A stretch of 61,232 bases of DNA from Candidatus Poseidoniales archaeon. GTDB taxonomy: Archaea; Thermoplasmatota; Poseidoniia; Poseidoniales; Poseidoniaceae. The stretch lies in contig QQRW01000023.1 in assembly GCA_003602605.1 (NCBI GenBank), positions 5,297 to 66,528 of the forward strand, given 5' to 3'. Below the pieces are notes generated by a model. The model searched no databases. It saw only the letters and a program-made list of their open reading frames with translations, and was not told the origin of the DNA. Both the position numbers and the translations under genes were made by a program. Of this stretch, positions 34,349-43,906 are shown piece by piece (within the stretch, counting starts at the first letter, position 1; every line of letters starts with the position of its first letter).

Positions 34349-36388
34349 ATGGAACATCCTTTGACAATGAGTTATGGCCCAGTTTCTGGATGGATACTTC
34401 TTTTGCTTCTCGGAGGTATTTCGGGAGGTTTCTTCCTCTATCAAGTCGTCAAGGCTTCACGTTTGGTTCTCAAGGGAGCGCCTGACAACCGCTTTGACAA
34501 CTGGGGTGCTCGAATCATGGAAGTCATCACGGGATGGCTCGGTCAAAAGAAAGTACTCAAGGACCGCATCGCTGGCGGAATCCACGTCCTCATGTTTTGG
34601 GGCTTTCTCATGCTTTCAACCGATATGTTCGACCTTGCCACAGCGAATTGGTTTTCTCACAATGTTCTTCCCGATCTCGTTCGAGGTCCGTGGAATCTTA
34701 TTGTTGAAACGGGATACACCATTGCACTGGTTGGTTGCGTCGCTGCATTAACTCGCCGTGTAGCGTTCACTCCAGAGAAACTCAAAGGAAAGTCGCAACT
34801 TGAAGGAAACGCTATCCTGTTGCTCATCATGACCATTACAGTTACATCGTTCTTCGTCGAAGCTGGCGAATCAACGGTTTCCAAGACTTGGGAACCAATT
34901 GGCTATTGGGTTGCTACTACCATTGTGCCTACAACATCAATTGTCGTAGGTGCTTACTGGATGCATATGCTTGCAATATCGACGTTTTTGTTTTTGATTC
35001 CGCTGTCAAAACACATGCACTTGGTTATGGCGTTCCCGAATGTATTCTTCCACGACATGCGTCCAATGGGGACGATGGAGCCTCTCGCAAGAGGCGAGGA
35101 CGGCAAGGCAGTTTCGCTTGATGAACTCGACATCGAATCCTTTGGCACGGTCAACTACACTGACTTGACGTGGCGAAATCTCATCGATGGTTGGGCTTGC
35201 ACATCATGTGCCCGTTGTCAAGATGTCTGTCCAGCGTATGCCTCCGGTAAAGCACTCAACCCGATGCAAATCATCCATGATGTACGCCATTATGCCAATG
35301 ACAATTCCACTGCTCTTCTCGCCGGTGAAACTCCTGAGCAGGACATTATTGCAAGGTTCGGTGAAGACGCAATTTGGGCGTGCACAACCTGTCATGCATG
35401 CGTCGAAGCCTGTCCTATATACATCGATCATGTTCCTAAGTTGACCGACGCTCGCCGTCATTTGATGATGGAGAGAATGGAGTTTGACGAATCCGTAGAG
35501 GAGACGGTCATGCCTCTCATGGCTACCATCGAGAACTTGGAGTCCGACTCGAACCCGTACGGTCTGCCTGCTCACGAGCGTGGCGATTGGGCTGCAGATT
35601 TGGACGTCAAGGTTGCAGAACCAGCAGAATACATCTACTTCGCAGGATGCGCTGCTTCGTTTGACGAACGCAACAAAAAGGTGGCTAGAGATACCATCAG
35701 TGTGATGAAAGAAGCTGGTTTAGATGTCGGTATTCTCGGTATGCAAGAAGGATGCAGCGGTGATGCTGCACGCCGTGCTGGAAACGAATATCTTTTCCAG
35801 ATGCTGGCTGAGACGAACCTTGAGACATTCGAAGAAATTGGCGTAAAGAAGATTGTAGCATCCTGCCCACACTGTTTCCATACTCTTGGTAAAGAATACA
35901 AGGACTACGGTGGCGAAGACATTGAAGTTATGCACCACTCGCAACTCATTAACCACTTGCAGAAGGAAGGAAAGTTACCTCAGCCAAAACATGATGGTTC
36001 AGTTACCTATCACGATCCGTGCTACCTTGGCCGAATTGGCGGTGAACTTGATGCTCCTCGTGATGCTATCGGTGGCGTTGCGGTTGAGGCTGAACGCCAC
36101 GGCATGAATTCGTTCTGTTGCGGTGCAGGTGGCGCTCAAATGTGGATGGAAGAACACGTCGATGACGATCATGACCGAGTGAATATCATTCGCTCAAAGG
36201 AACTGGCACAGACCGGTGCGGAAACCGTTGCAGTCGGTTGCCCATTCTGTTCAACAATGGTTACAGATGGTCTCAGTGCCATCGGTTCTGAAATGGAAGT
36301 CAAAGATATTGCAGAAATCGTTTGGGAACAAATTAAAGCGAACGATGCAGCAATTGAAGCTAAAAAAGCCGAAACTGCCGACGCCTGA
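34349..36388 (+). CDS. Membrane Fe-S oxidoreductase (FadF / HdrD-GlpC-like): TM domain, 2x[4Fe-4S], two CCG domains
   Basis: About 5 TM with H..MFWGF and KHMH; CTSCARCQDVCP and CTTCHACVEACP; YFAGC, GCSGD..RRAG, SCPHC, YHDPCYLGR, CCGAGG, GCPFC. Confidence 0.9.
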   Translation: MEHPLTMSYGPVSGWILLLLLGGISGGFFLYQVVKASRLVLKGAPDNRFDNWGARIMEVITGWLGQKKVLKDRIAGGIHVLMFWGFLMLSTDMFDLATANWFSHNVLPDLVRGPWNLIVETGYTIALVGCVAALTRRVAFTPEKLKGKSQLEGNAILLLIMTITVTSFFVEAGESTVSKTWEPIGYWVATTIVPTTSIVVGAYWMHMLAISTFLFLIPLSKHMHLVMAFPNVFFHDMRPMGTMEPLARGEDGKAVSLDELDIESFGTVNYTDLTWRNLIDGWACTSCARCQDVCPAYASGKALNPMQIIHDVRHYANDNSTALLAGETPEQDIIARFGEDAIWACTTCHACVEACPIYIDHVPKLTDARRHLMMERMEFDESVEETVMPLMATIENLESDSNPYGLPAHERGDWAADLDVKVAEPAEYIYFAGCAASFDERNKKVARDTISVMKEAGLDVGILGMQEGCSGDAARRAGNEYLFQMLAETNLETFEEIGVKKIVASCPHCFHTLGKEYKDYGGEDIEVMHHSQLINHLQKEGKLPQPKHDGSVTYHDPCYLGRIGGELDAPRDAIGGVAVEAERHGMNSFCCGAGGAQMWMEEHVDDDHDRVNIIRSKELAQTGAETVAVGCPFCSTMVTDGLSAIGSEMEVKDIAEIVWEQIKANDAAIEAKKAETADA

Positions 36389-36407
36389 GCACCATTGAGG
36401 TGGCACA

Positions 36408-37361
36408 GTGAGTAAACGCCTGTCTCACAGCGCCCTTCTTGCTTGGTATGCTGAATCAAAAAGGGATTTACCTTGGAGGCACACCACCGATCCATGGAAG
36501 ATTCTCCTTTCTGAAATACTTCTTCAGCAAACACAAGTGAGCCGAGGCATACACTACTGGGAGATGCTTGTTGAACGTTTTCCGACGCCCCAATCCATGG
36601 CGAATGCCGACGTCGATGTAGTGTTGCACCTTTGGCAGGGAGCAGGTTACTACAGCAGAGCACGCCGACTGCACGCTCTTTCTGTTCAGGTATGCATGCC
36701 GATAGTGGATGGCGGATTTGGAGGTAACCTACCCAAAACTGCTGCTGAATTGCTGACATTACCTGGCGTTGGCCCATACACTGCAGCAGCAGTTGCAAGT
36801 ATTGCTCACGGAGAGTCCGTCGCATGCGTCGACGGTAACATCCGACGGGTGATGGCTCGCCAGACAAAAAGTGTTGAACCCACAATGAAGGAGGTTGAAA
36901 TCTGGGCGAATGACATTCTCTACCAAGACGATGCAGGGGACTGGAATCAAGCTTTGATGGAACTTGGAGCAACCGTTTGTACACCGAAACGCCCGTTGTG
37001 CGAGCAGTGTCCAGTATCTTCTTCTTGCACCGGAATGAGCGAACCGCTTCGCTATCCGCAACCAAAGAAAGTCAAGCGAAAACGACTTGACCTCAAATGC
37101 GCCCTTCGCTATGATGCCAATGGCTTGCCAGAGTTGGTGCAACGAGGGAGTGACGGTATTCTTGCAGGGATGTGGGGGCCGCCGATGGACGAGAATCTCG
37201 ATATCACTGGACTGGAACTGATTGGCATTGTTGAACACACACTTTCTCACCGTGATATCTTTGTCGAAGTGTGGCACGGTTCATGCCATCGAGGAACTGA
37301 ACCATCAGATGTCGCAATTTCATCACTCGATCGTAAAATATTGGCTTTACGAGGGAACTAA
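36408..37361 (+). CDS. mutY: A/G-specific adenine DNA glycosylase MutY
   Basis: RDLPWR, SEILLQQTQV, GAGYYSRARRL, HhH LPGVGPYTA, VDGNIRRV, QALMELGA, Fe-S cluster CX6CX2CX5C; shortened C-terminal domain. Confidence 0.93.
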   Translation: MSKRLSHSALLAWYAESKRDLPWRHTTDPWKILLSEILLQQTQVSRGIHYWEMLVERFPTPQSMANADVDVVLHLWQGAGYYSRARRLHALSVQVCMPIVDGGFGGNLPKTAAELLTLPGVGPYTAAAVASIAHGESVACVDGNIRRVMARQTKSVEPTMKEVEIWANDILYQDDAGDWNQALMELGATVCTPKRPLCEQCPVSSSCTGMSEPLRYPQPKKVKRKRLDLKCALRYDANGLPELVQRGSDGILAGMWGPPMDENLDITGLELIGIVEHTLSHRDIFVEVWHGSCHRGTEPSDVAISSLDRKILALRGN

Positions 37362-37381
37362 ATGCACATTCTCATTGAAAA

Positions 37382-38080
37382 TCAATTCTTTTGTAAATCT
37401 CTACCAATCGAAGCAAGTGACACCATCAAGCCTACGATAAGCAGGTATTCAGCAGGTGCTGCAATGTTAATGGCTGGTTGAATCTGGTTAAGTATCTCAA
37501 ACTGGGGGTTTACAAGATCTAAACTCTCCCTTTTCCAGAAGATATATCCTCCCAAAGAGAGGTTCATCGTAAGAATCCCCATACCAGTCATCCATAATCC
37601 TGCCTTGCGTAGTTTTGAGGTTTGAGATACAACGTTTGAATGCATTATATGCATCGATACTCCCCAAATGAATCCTCCAACGAATACGAGAACTGTCGTG
37701 ATGGTGTGAAGCAGGAGTGCATCGTACATGTTCGCAAAAGCAAGAACAGACAGCGATAGACCAGATAAGATGCCAAAAGGAAGTGAGATTCGCTTCAATT
37801 TGGAATCCTGTTCTCTAACCATGAGGCTCAATCGGTAGGCAAGAATACATATGACAACGCCCGTGATTGCTAAACCAGTGGTGAAAACCATTCGCTCAGG
37901 CCCAGGATAATCCGATTCCGACACGAAGAAGGGGATTGCTCTTGCATTGCCGCTGAATGCGTGAATCGTCATGGACGTAACGACAGTCGTCAAGGGGAGC
38001 AGCCATCCAAGGCGAATGAGCATTGAATCGGAAACTTCCATCCCTGCGATTTTAATCCCGTTTTCCGTATTCATACTCAC
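37382..38080 (-). CDS. Frag1/DRAM/Sfk1-like six-TM membrane protein
   Basis: About 6 TM; IPFFVSESDYPGPER..F, HTITTVLVFVGG and terminal A.AEY resemble the family's P.IS..G..PE, H...A..FF and ..EW motifs. Confidence 0.6.
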   Translation of the reverse strand: MSMNTENGIKIAGMEVSDSMLIRLGWLLPLTTVVTSMTIHAFSGNARAIPFFVSESDYPGPERMVFTTGLAITGVVICILAYRLSLMVREQDSKLKRISLPFGILSGLSLSVLAFANMYDALLLHTITTVLVFVGGFIWGVSMHIMHSNVVSQTSKLRKAGLWMTGMGILTMNLSLGGYIFWKRESLDLVNPQFEILNQIQPAINIAAPAEYLLIVGLMVSLASIGRDLQKN

Positions 38081-39081
38081 TTTAGGAACTCCTCCACAGT
38101 ATCTTGAATACAGGCTTCAAATGACTCCCACTCGATTCCGAGAATATCTGTTGCCTTCTTTGATGAGAAATTTGCATCTCCTTCAAAATAACCTTTGACA
38201 GCCTTACGGGTCATGCGGCGCTGTGCACCAAACAGACCCATCAACCAATCCTGAAACACCACGATAAACATGAGTGAACGGGGAATTGCTCTTCGAGATG
38301 CCTTGGTTTGTGGGTATTGATTTTTGATCGCCTTGCAGACCTCGGCAATGGTTTTGTTTTTGTGCGGTGCTACGATGAATCGCCCTTCTGCTTCATCGAT
38401 TTCAAAGGCGAGTCGGTGAGCCTTTGCCACATCTCGCACGTGTACAATTGGAATTGGTATTTTCGGAACGACTGGGAACTTACCTGCCATAGCATCGGGG
38501 AAGTAATCAATACTCGGCGTGGGTTTGACAAATCCACCACCCAAAACGCCTCCTGGGTTGATGACTCGCAAATCGATTTCAAACTGCTTCGCCAGTTCCC
38601 AAGCCCGTTTTTCAGATTCTGTCTTGGCAACGGTATACGGGGAATAGCTACCTGTTTGCCAATCGTCTTCGTTTTTCTCACGTCCTTTAGGAGTACTTCC
38701 AATTGCAGCAACACTCGATGTATAGACGATACGAGGGATTTTTGCTTCGTGGGCAGCATGGAGCAGGTGTGTCGTCCCCTTGACAGCAGTGTCAATGATG
38801 ATGTCGGCCTTCTCCGAGTTTGAGTAGACTGTAGCGGTGTGGAACAGTGCGTCGCACCCGATTATCGCCTCCTTCCATACATCAGCATCCAATACATCGG
38901 CTTGCACCAGCTCAAGTCGATCTTCACAATTCAAGTCCACTGCATGTTGACGAACATGATCGACTTTAGAGGGATCATCCAAATCGCGAACAGAGCCGAT
39001 GACGTTGTAGCCGTGCTCAAGCAAATCTCGCACAATGTGATTTCCAACATGACCGTTCACGCCGGTGACGAAAATCTTCAT
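38077..39081 (-). CDS. NAD-dependent epimerase/dehydratase (extended SDR, dihydroflavonol/aldehyde reductase-like)
   Basis: VTGVNGHVG, FHTA, YTSSVAA, YTVAK (YxxxK), INPG.V.G, VHVRDVAKAH. Start moved to ATG 39081. Confidence 0.9.
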   Translation of the reverse strand: MKIFVTGVNGHVGNHIVRDLLEHGYNVIGSVRDLDDPSKVDHVRQHAVDLNCEDRLELVQADVLDADVWKEAIIGCDALFHTATVYSNSEKADIIIDTAVKGTTHLLHAAHEAKIPRIVYTSSVAAIGSTPKGREKNEDDWQTGSYSPYTVAKTESEKRAWELAKQFEIDLRVINPGGVLGGGFVKPTPSIDYFPDAMAGKFPVVPKIPIPIVHVRDVAKAHRLAFEIDEAEGRFIVAPHKNKTIAEVCKAIKNQYPQTKASRRAIPRSLMFIVVFQDWLMGLFGAQRRMTRKAVKGYFEGDANFSSKKATDILGIEWESFEACIQDTVEEFLK

Positions 39082-39174
39082 CGAAGACGCGGGCTTGACT
39101 CCTGCCATACCTACCGGACATGAGATTTGGACTTAACTTTGAAGTGAGGCTGTTCACACCGTTGGTTGAATCCC

Positions 39175-40665
39175 ATGCCAATTCGCCTGTACGATACTCG
39201 GAGGAGAGACAAAGTCGAATTCTCAACCATGGAGCCTGGAAAAGTCTCGATGTATGTTTGCGGCGTAACCGTCTATGACCGATGTCATCTTGGCCATGCT
39301 CGCTGTTACCTCGCCTTCGATTTGATTCATAGATGGTTAGAAAAATCAGGATATGATGTTCACTATGTTCAAAATTTTACCGACATTGATGACAAAATCA
39401 TTCAGAGAGCGAACGAAACGGGTGGTGATTGGAAGGTACTGGTTGACCAAAACATTGCGACTTACTACGAAGACATGGATGCATTGAACATTCTACGAGC
39501 GGACGATTACCCTCGTTGTACCGAATATGTCGATGACATGATTCGAATTACTCAAGACCTCATCGATAAGGGTCATGCCTACCAAACCGATGAGGGTGTC
39601 TACTTCCACATCGATTCAGCGCCAGAGAAATACGGCATGCTTACGGGCCAAAACATCGAGGCAGTCCGCTCTGGTGCGGGCGGCAGAGTTGACGCAACAG
39701 GATCTTCAAAGAGGGATCACAAAGATTTCGCTTTGTGGAAATCAGCAAAACCCGATGAACCGACATGGGAATCGCCTTGGGGTCCAGGTCGACCAGGGTG
39801 GCACATCGAATGTACCGCAATGTCGATGGATTACTTTGGTGCGCAATTTGACATTCACGGTGGTGGACATGATTTGCGGTTCCCGCATCATGAAGCAGAA
39901 ATTTTCCAGGGTGAATGCCATACTGGATGCAGTCCCGTTGTCCATCACTGGTTGCACAACGGATTTGTCAACATCGATGGCGAGAAAATGAGCAAATCCT
40001 TAGGTAATTTCTGGACCATACGCGACATTCTTGAGAAAGTCGATGCTATGGTGCTTCGTTTCTCGCTCATTAACGCTCATTACCGTTCACCCATCGACAT
40101 GAACGAAACCTTACTGAAAGATGCTGAAAGGAACTACAACCGGCTGCTTGAGACGTACGTCCGAGTCCTGAAAGTGGCTTCAAATTCTCCAAATCCAGTT
40201 GACCTTCCTCACGCTGACATCACCAGTCAACAGCCTTTCTCCCGTTCACTCGGCCTGCTGGAAAAGATGGGCGAGGGATTTGCGCAGGCCATGGATGATG
40301 ATTTCAATAGCCGTGACGCCATAGGAAAGGTACTCAGTGCTGTTCGCCAAATGGCGAAAACCATGGACAGTGGCCTTGATGATGTGGACCAACACGCTTT
40401 TGCTCACTATGCCGTTGACTGGCTTGAAGAAACAGCAGGTTCAGTTTTGGGAGTGCTTCCTAGCCGTGAGATGGCACTGGCTGAACCAGTGGAAGACCCA
40501 CGTCGAGCTGAGGTTGCCGAACAGGTCGAAATGTTACTTGTTGCCCGAAGTGAAGCGCGTTCAACCAAAGATTGGGGCAAGGCCGATGAAATACGGGATC
40601 AACTCAACTCGATGGGCGTCGTGGTCGTCGATACTCCTGACGGACCATCGTGGAAGCTTGCGTGA
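39175..40665 (+). CDS. cysS: Cysteine--tRNA ligase
   Basis: [64 protein letters not shown]. Confidence 0.98.
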   Translation: MPIRLYDTRRRDKVEFSTMEPGKVSMYVCGVTVYDRCHLGHARCYLAFDLIHRWLEKSGYDVHYVQNFTDIDDKIIQRANETGGDWKVLVDQNIATYYEDMDALNILRADDYPRCTEYVDDMIRITQDLIDKGHAYQTDEGVYFHIDSAPEKYGMLTGQNIEAVRSGAGGRVDATGSSKRDHKDFALWKSAKPDEPTWESPWGPGRPGWHIECTAMSMDYFGAQFDIHGGGHDLRFPHHEAEIFQGECHTGCSPVVHHWLHNGFVNIDGEKMSKSLGNFWTIRDILEKVDAMVLRFSLINAHYRSPIDMNETLLKDAERNYNRLLETYVRVLKVASNSPNPVDLPHADITSQQPFSRSLGLLEKMGEGFAQAMDDDFNSRDAIGKVLSAVRQMAKTMDSGLDDVDQHAFAHYAVDWLEETAGSVLGVLPSREMALAEPVEDPRRAEVAEQVEMLLVARSEARSTKDWGKADEIRDQLNSMGVVVVDTPDGPSWKLA

Positions 40666-40667
40666 AC

Positions 40668-43373
40668 TCACTCTTCTTCCTTCGCCATAGAACTCGACTT
40701 GTAATCCATCGGAGGTGGGGCCGGTACAAACCCTGTCGACTCCTTTTCTGTATTTACAGCGCCATCGAGTGCGTCGTCATCCCACATCTTTTCGATGTAA
40801 GCTTCTTGACTCAAGTTCAGTTCATCGCCACCGTTTCGACTGAGGAAAAACAGTCCTCCAACAATCACGGCAAGAACTCCAACAAGCAAGTATTTCGCAT
40901 TGCTTTCATCAGAATCTCCGGAGGTTGAATCTGCGTCGGAGTCACCTGATGCATCGGTGGTATCTGTGTTATCCGTCGTATCTGTTCCATCGGTTGTGTC
41001 TGTGCCATCCGTCGTGTCAGTTCCGTCGGTTGTATCTGTGCCGCCTGTATTGTCTGTGCCATCGGTCGCACCGCCGCTGTTGCCGCTGTTGCCGCTGTTG
41101 CCGCCTGTATTGCCAGCGTTCGATGGGTCTGTTGTCAAGTCGACATTGACACCGTTACGGTCGCCATCTGCATCCATTGAGATGTCATAGTAGGCGTAGA
41201 GTTTGGACAAGTCGACGTGTGTGTTGGCCCATGTCGAGCGGTTGATGACATCGAAGTAGCGATCATCCCCAGTGGTGAAAATTGGGTCAACTGTCATATT
41301 CTTCAATTGAGAAACTCCAGTGTTGGCAGCGTTCTTTCCATCGAATTCAGTATCGAGGTACGCTTGAACATCTGCATCGGTTTCCCATGCGACGTTATCT
41401 GGCGCAGACCAGTGTTGGCGAATATCAGAGACATCGTTTCGCATTGCCATAGCCATTCCAGATTGGATGCTTTCCCAAGTTTGGGATCCGTCAACTTCAG
41501 ACATCGAAGTCACATCGACAGCCTTTGAGACGCCTCCACCAGTAATTGGTTCCCAATCGTCTTGGTTTATGGCAGTCATGATATCCGTGTCTCCGAAGAC
41601 AGCTTTCCCTTGAACCACAGTCAGTCGGACATCAGCATCGATCGCTTCAATCAAATTACGGTAAGGATCCTCGTGGAAGGTGTCCATCACAACGATGTCT
41701 GCGTACATTCCAGCCTTGAGTTGCCCTACAAAGGAGCCCCAATTTGCTGCTTTTGCAGGATTGCTTGTGACCATTGCAGCTAGTTCGTAATCGGTAAAGT
41801 AGGTGTTCATCACGTCTTTGTTCCAAAGATCAGCCACTTTGAGCTCGTGAAGGTTGTTCTTCGAACCGCTTGGACCCCAGTCGGGTGCCAGGGATATGGT
41901 GACGCCTGCAGCATCTGCGGCTCGGACATTGGTCGTGTTCCCGTAGAGGAGGAGGTTCGAAATTGGCGACCATACCAAGTCTGCTCCGACCGTCGCCATC
42001 TTGTCAAATTGTGAGCGGTCAAGTGCAGTTCCGTGAATGACAACGGTTTCATCCATGATGAGCCCCTTATCCCATAGAGCGTCAAATTCGGACTTACTGC
42101 TGCTGTCCACACCTTCTGCCAAATGCACAAACCAAGCGTTCAATGAGCCAGATTGGTTTTGAGATATCAAGTGACTTCCAGTGTAGTCGTCATCAGCAGC
42201 ACCGCACACAGCACATGTTGATATGCCATCTTGGCCAAAATTGTACAACTCGACGTTGCGAGCCAACATGCTGTCCCAAGCGGAAGTTCCTGAGCCTGGT
42301 GAGCCTTGTATTGCAGTCACTCCACCGGCTACGGCTTGTACTTCTGCATACTTCATTTGTTCACTTGCCATTCCCCATCGGTTGTTTTGTTGAACGTTGT
42401 TCTTCATCCAGGTGATACTTGGGCCGTAATCGTAGTTGTTGCCCCACTGGTATCGGTTGGTGTATCCACCTTCGTCAGAGCGTTGACTTTCACTCAAGTG
42501 GACATCGAAATCCCACAATGGGATGTGGTTGTAATGGACATGGTTGTGCAAGTCAATGAGACCAGGGTAGATGGTCCCGTTGGTTTCGATGATGACCGCG
42601 TTGGTAAGGTCGGCGGTAACAGGAACCGAGGAACTCGATGACCAAACGCCTTCGATCTTCCCGTCACGAACCAACACATTGCCTTGGTTGAGGACGCTGT
42701 TTTCGTTTTCCATGGTGACGACTCGGCCTTTGAGAATGTAAGCATCTGAACCAGCTTCCTGCACTTTGAAGCATTTTACGATATTGAGAGCGACGGTAGA
42801 ATCTGCGTCACCTGGGCCCCAGCCTGGCGTAGGGTCAACTTGGATTGCGTTTCCTGAGGAATCAATAACAATCGAATTGCCGTAGAATCCGAATTCTTTA
42901 GGAATCGTCATCGAGTTGACAAGTGTGTTTGAAGTATCGGTAATCGAGACAGTTTCTTCTTCGAAATAATTGAGTACAATGTCGGAATCTGCACTGAATA
43001 CCACGATTCTCTGATCGGGGTCGATTACTGTATTCCATGCGAGTTGACATGGTGGACTGCCCGAGGTTGAACTGAGAACCCAATCAGACACATTCACCGG
43101 TGATGAACCGGTGTTCCACAATTCGATGAATTGGTCGGAATACTTGCCGTAGTCCCCATCGTTGTTCCAGTCAACAGCATTGTAGATGTTCGCATTGGTT
43201 GCGTTGGATTTGAGTTGGTTCGGGCTTCTGAAGAGTTCAGAGACCACGATGTCGGAATTTCGAGCCTCAACTTCGGCGACGTTGGCTTGTTCAAGTGAAC
43301 TTCCATCGGCTGGAATCAAGGGTGCAAGAAACAAAACGAGGACAAGTAATGTCGTCAGTCGGGCTAGGCGCAT
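40668..43373 (-). CDS. Secreted, C-terminally anchored amidohydrolase (deaminase-like) with N-terminal lamin-tail-like domain
   Basis: Signal peptide; IVVSEL...DQFIELWNTGSSPVNVSDWVL (LTD); YPGLIDLHNH (HxH), FVHLAEG, VIHGTA, WSPISN..LYG, LAPDW; T/D-rich stalk; TM YLLVGVLAVIVGGLFFL. Start moved to ATG 43373. Confidence 0.85.
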   Translation of the reverse strand: MRLARLTTLLVLVLFLAPLIPADGSSLEQANVAEVEARNSDIVVSELFRSPNQLKSNATNANIYNAVDWNNDGDYGKYSDQFIELWNTGSSPVNVSDWVLSSTSGSPPCQLAWNTVIDPDQRIVVFSADSDIVLNYFEEETVSITDTSNTLVNSMTIPKEFGFYGNSIVIDSSGNAIQVDPTPGWGPGDADSTVALNIVKCFKVQEAGSDAYILKGRVVTMENENSVLNQGNVLVRDGKIEGVWSSSSSVPVTADLTNAVIIETNGTIYPGLIDLHNHVHYNHIPLWDFDVHLSESQRSDEGGYTNRYQWGNNYDYGPSITWMKNNVQQNNRWGMASEQMKYAEVQAVAGGVTAIQGSPGSGTSAWDSMLARNVELYNFGQDGISTCAVCGAADDDYTGSHLISQNQSGSLNAWFVHLAEGVDSSSKSEFDALWDKGLIMDETVVIHGTALDRSQFDKMATVGADLVWSPISNLLLYGNTTNVRAADAAGVTISLAPDWGPSGSKNNLHELKVADLWNKDVMNTYFTDYELAAMVTSNPAKAANWGSFVGQLKAGMYADIVVMDTFHEDPYRNLIEAIDADVRLTVVQGKAVFGDTDIMTAINQDDWEPITGGGVSKAVDVTSMSEVDGSQTWESIQSGMAMAMRNDVSDIRQHWSAPDNVAWETDADVQAYLDTEFDGKNAANTGVSQLKNMTVDPIFTTGDDRYFDVINRSTWANTHVDLSKLYAYYDISMDADGDRNGVNVDLTTDPSNAGNTGGNSGNSGNSGGATDGTDNTGGTDTTDGTDTTDGTDTTDGTDTTDNTDTTDASGDSDADSTSGDSDESNAKYLLVGVLAVIVGGLFFLSRNGGDELNLSQEAYIEKMWDDDALDGAVNTEKESTGFVPAPPPMDYKSSSMAKEEE
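40951..41112 (-). repeat. Coding tandem repeats forming the stalk: (TDTTDG) x about 5 and (GNS) x3
   Basis: Degenerate 18-nt units; perfect ccgctgttg x3 at 41074-41100. Confidence 0.85.
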
Positions 43374-43463
43374 AAATTGGCCTTTTGCAGTGAGCACATG
43401 AACTCGTCGCTTTGGTGGTTTGGAACGAACATGTTGAAGTAGCGCCGATTTTGAAGAGGAAAT

Positions 43464-43847
43464 ATGGCCACAGTAGAGATTCTTGAACCGAACTTTTCCG
43501 ACATAATCGACAACAATTCACTCGTTCTTCTCGACTTCTGGGCGGAATGGTGTGGGCCATGCAAAGCCTACGGTCCCGTGTACGAGCGAGTATCCGAAGA
43601 ATTCCCAGATGTTGTTTTTGGTAAAATTGACACTGAAGCAGAGCCAATGCTCTCTCAATCGTTCAACATTCGCTCTATTCCAACAACGGTTGCTTTCAAA
43701 GATGGTATCGGTGTTTTCATGCAGCCGGGGGCTCTTCCTGAAGATGCTCTACGTGATTTGGTCGTCAAACTTGGAGAACTGGATATGGACGAAGTCCGTG
43801 CCGAAATGGAAGCCCAAAGGGCGGCCCAAGAAACTGAATCTGAGTGA
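43464..43847 (+). CDS. trxA: Thioredoxin
   Basis: LDFWAEWCGPCK, FNIRSIPT. Confidence 0.95.
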   Translation: MATVEILEPNFSDIIDNNSLVLLDFWAEWCGPCKAYGPVYERVSEEFPDVVFGKIDTEAEPMLSQSFNIRSIPTTVAFKDGIGVFMQPGALPEDALRDLVVKLGELDMDEVRAEMEAQRAAQETESE

Positions 43848-43906
43848 TTTAGCTGCCGATTCAAACAGCCGGTGTGTTCAAGAAACATACCCTGTCCCGT
43901 AGTATC

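Noticed and set aside
35380-35420. CxxCH (CTTCH) in the Fe-S protein as a heme-c site and client for the Ccm cassette
   Set aside because: It is part of a ferredoxin motif CxxCxxCxxxCP in a cytoplasmic domain; the match is coincidental.
40951-41112. Tandem repeats as a possible CRISPR array or VNTR element
   Set aside because: Units are 9 and 18 nt, in frame, without spacers, and encode a protein stalk; there are no cas genes.
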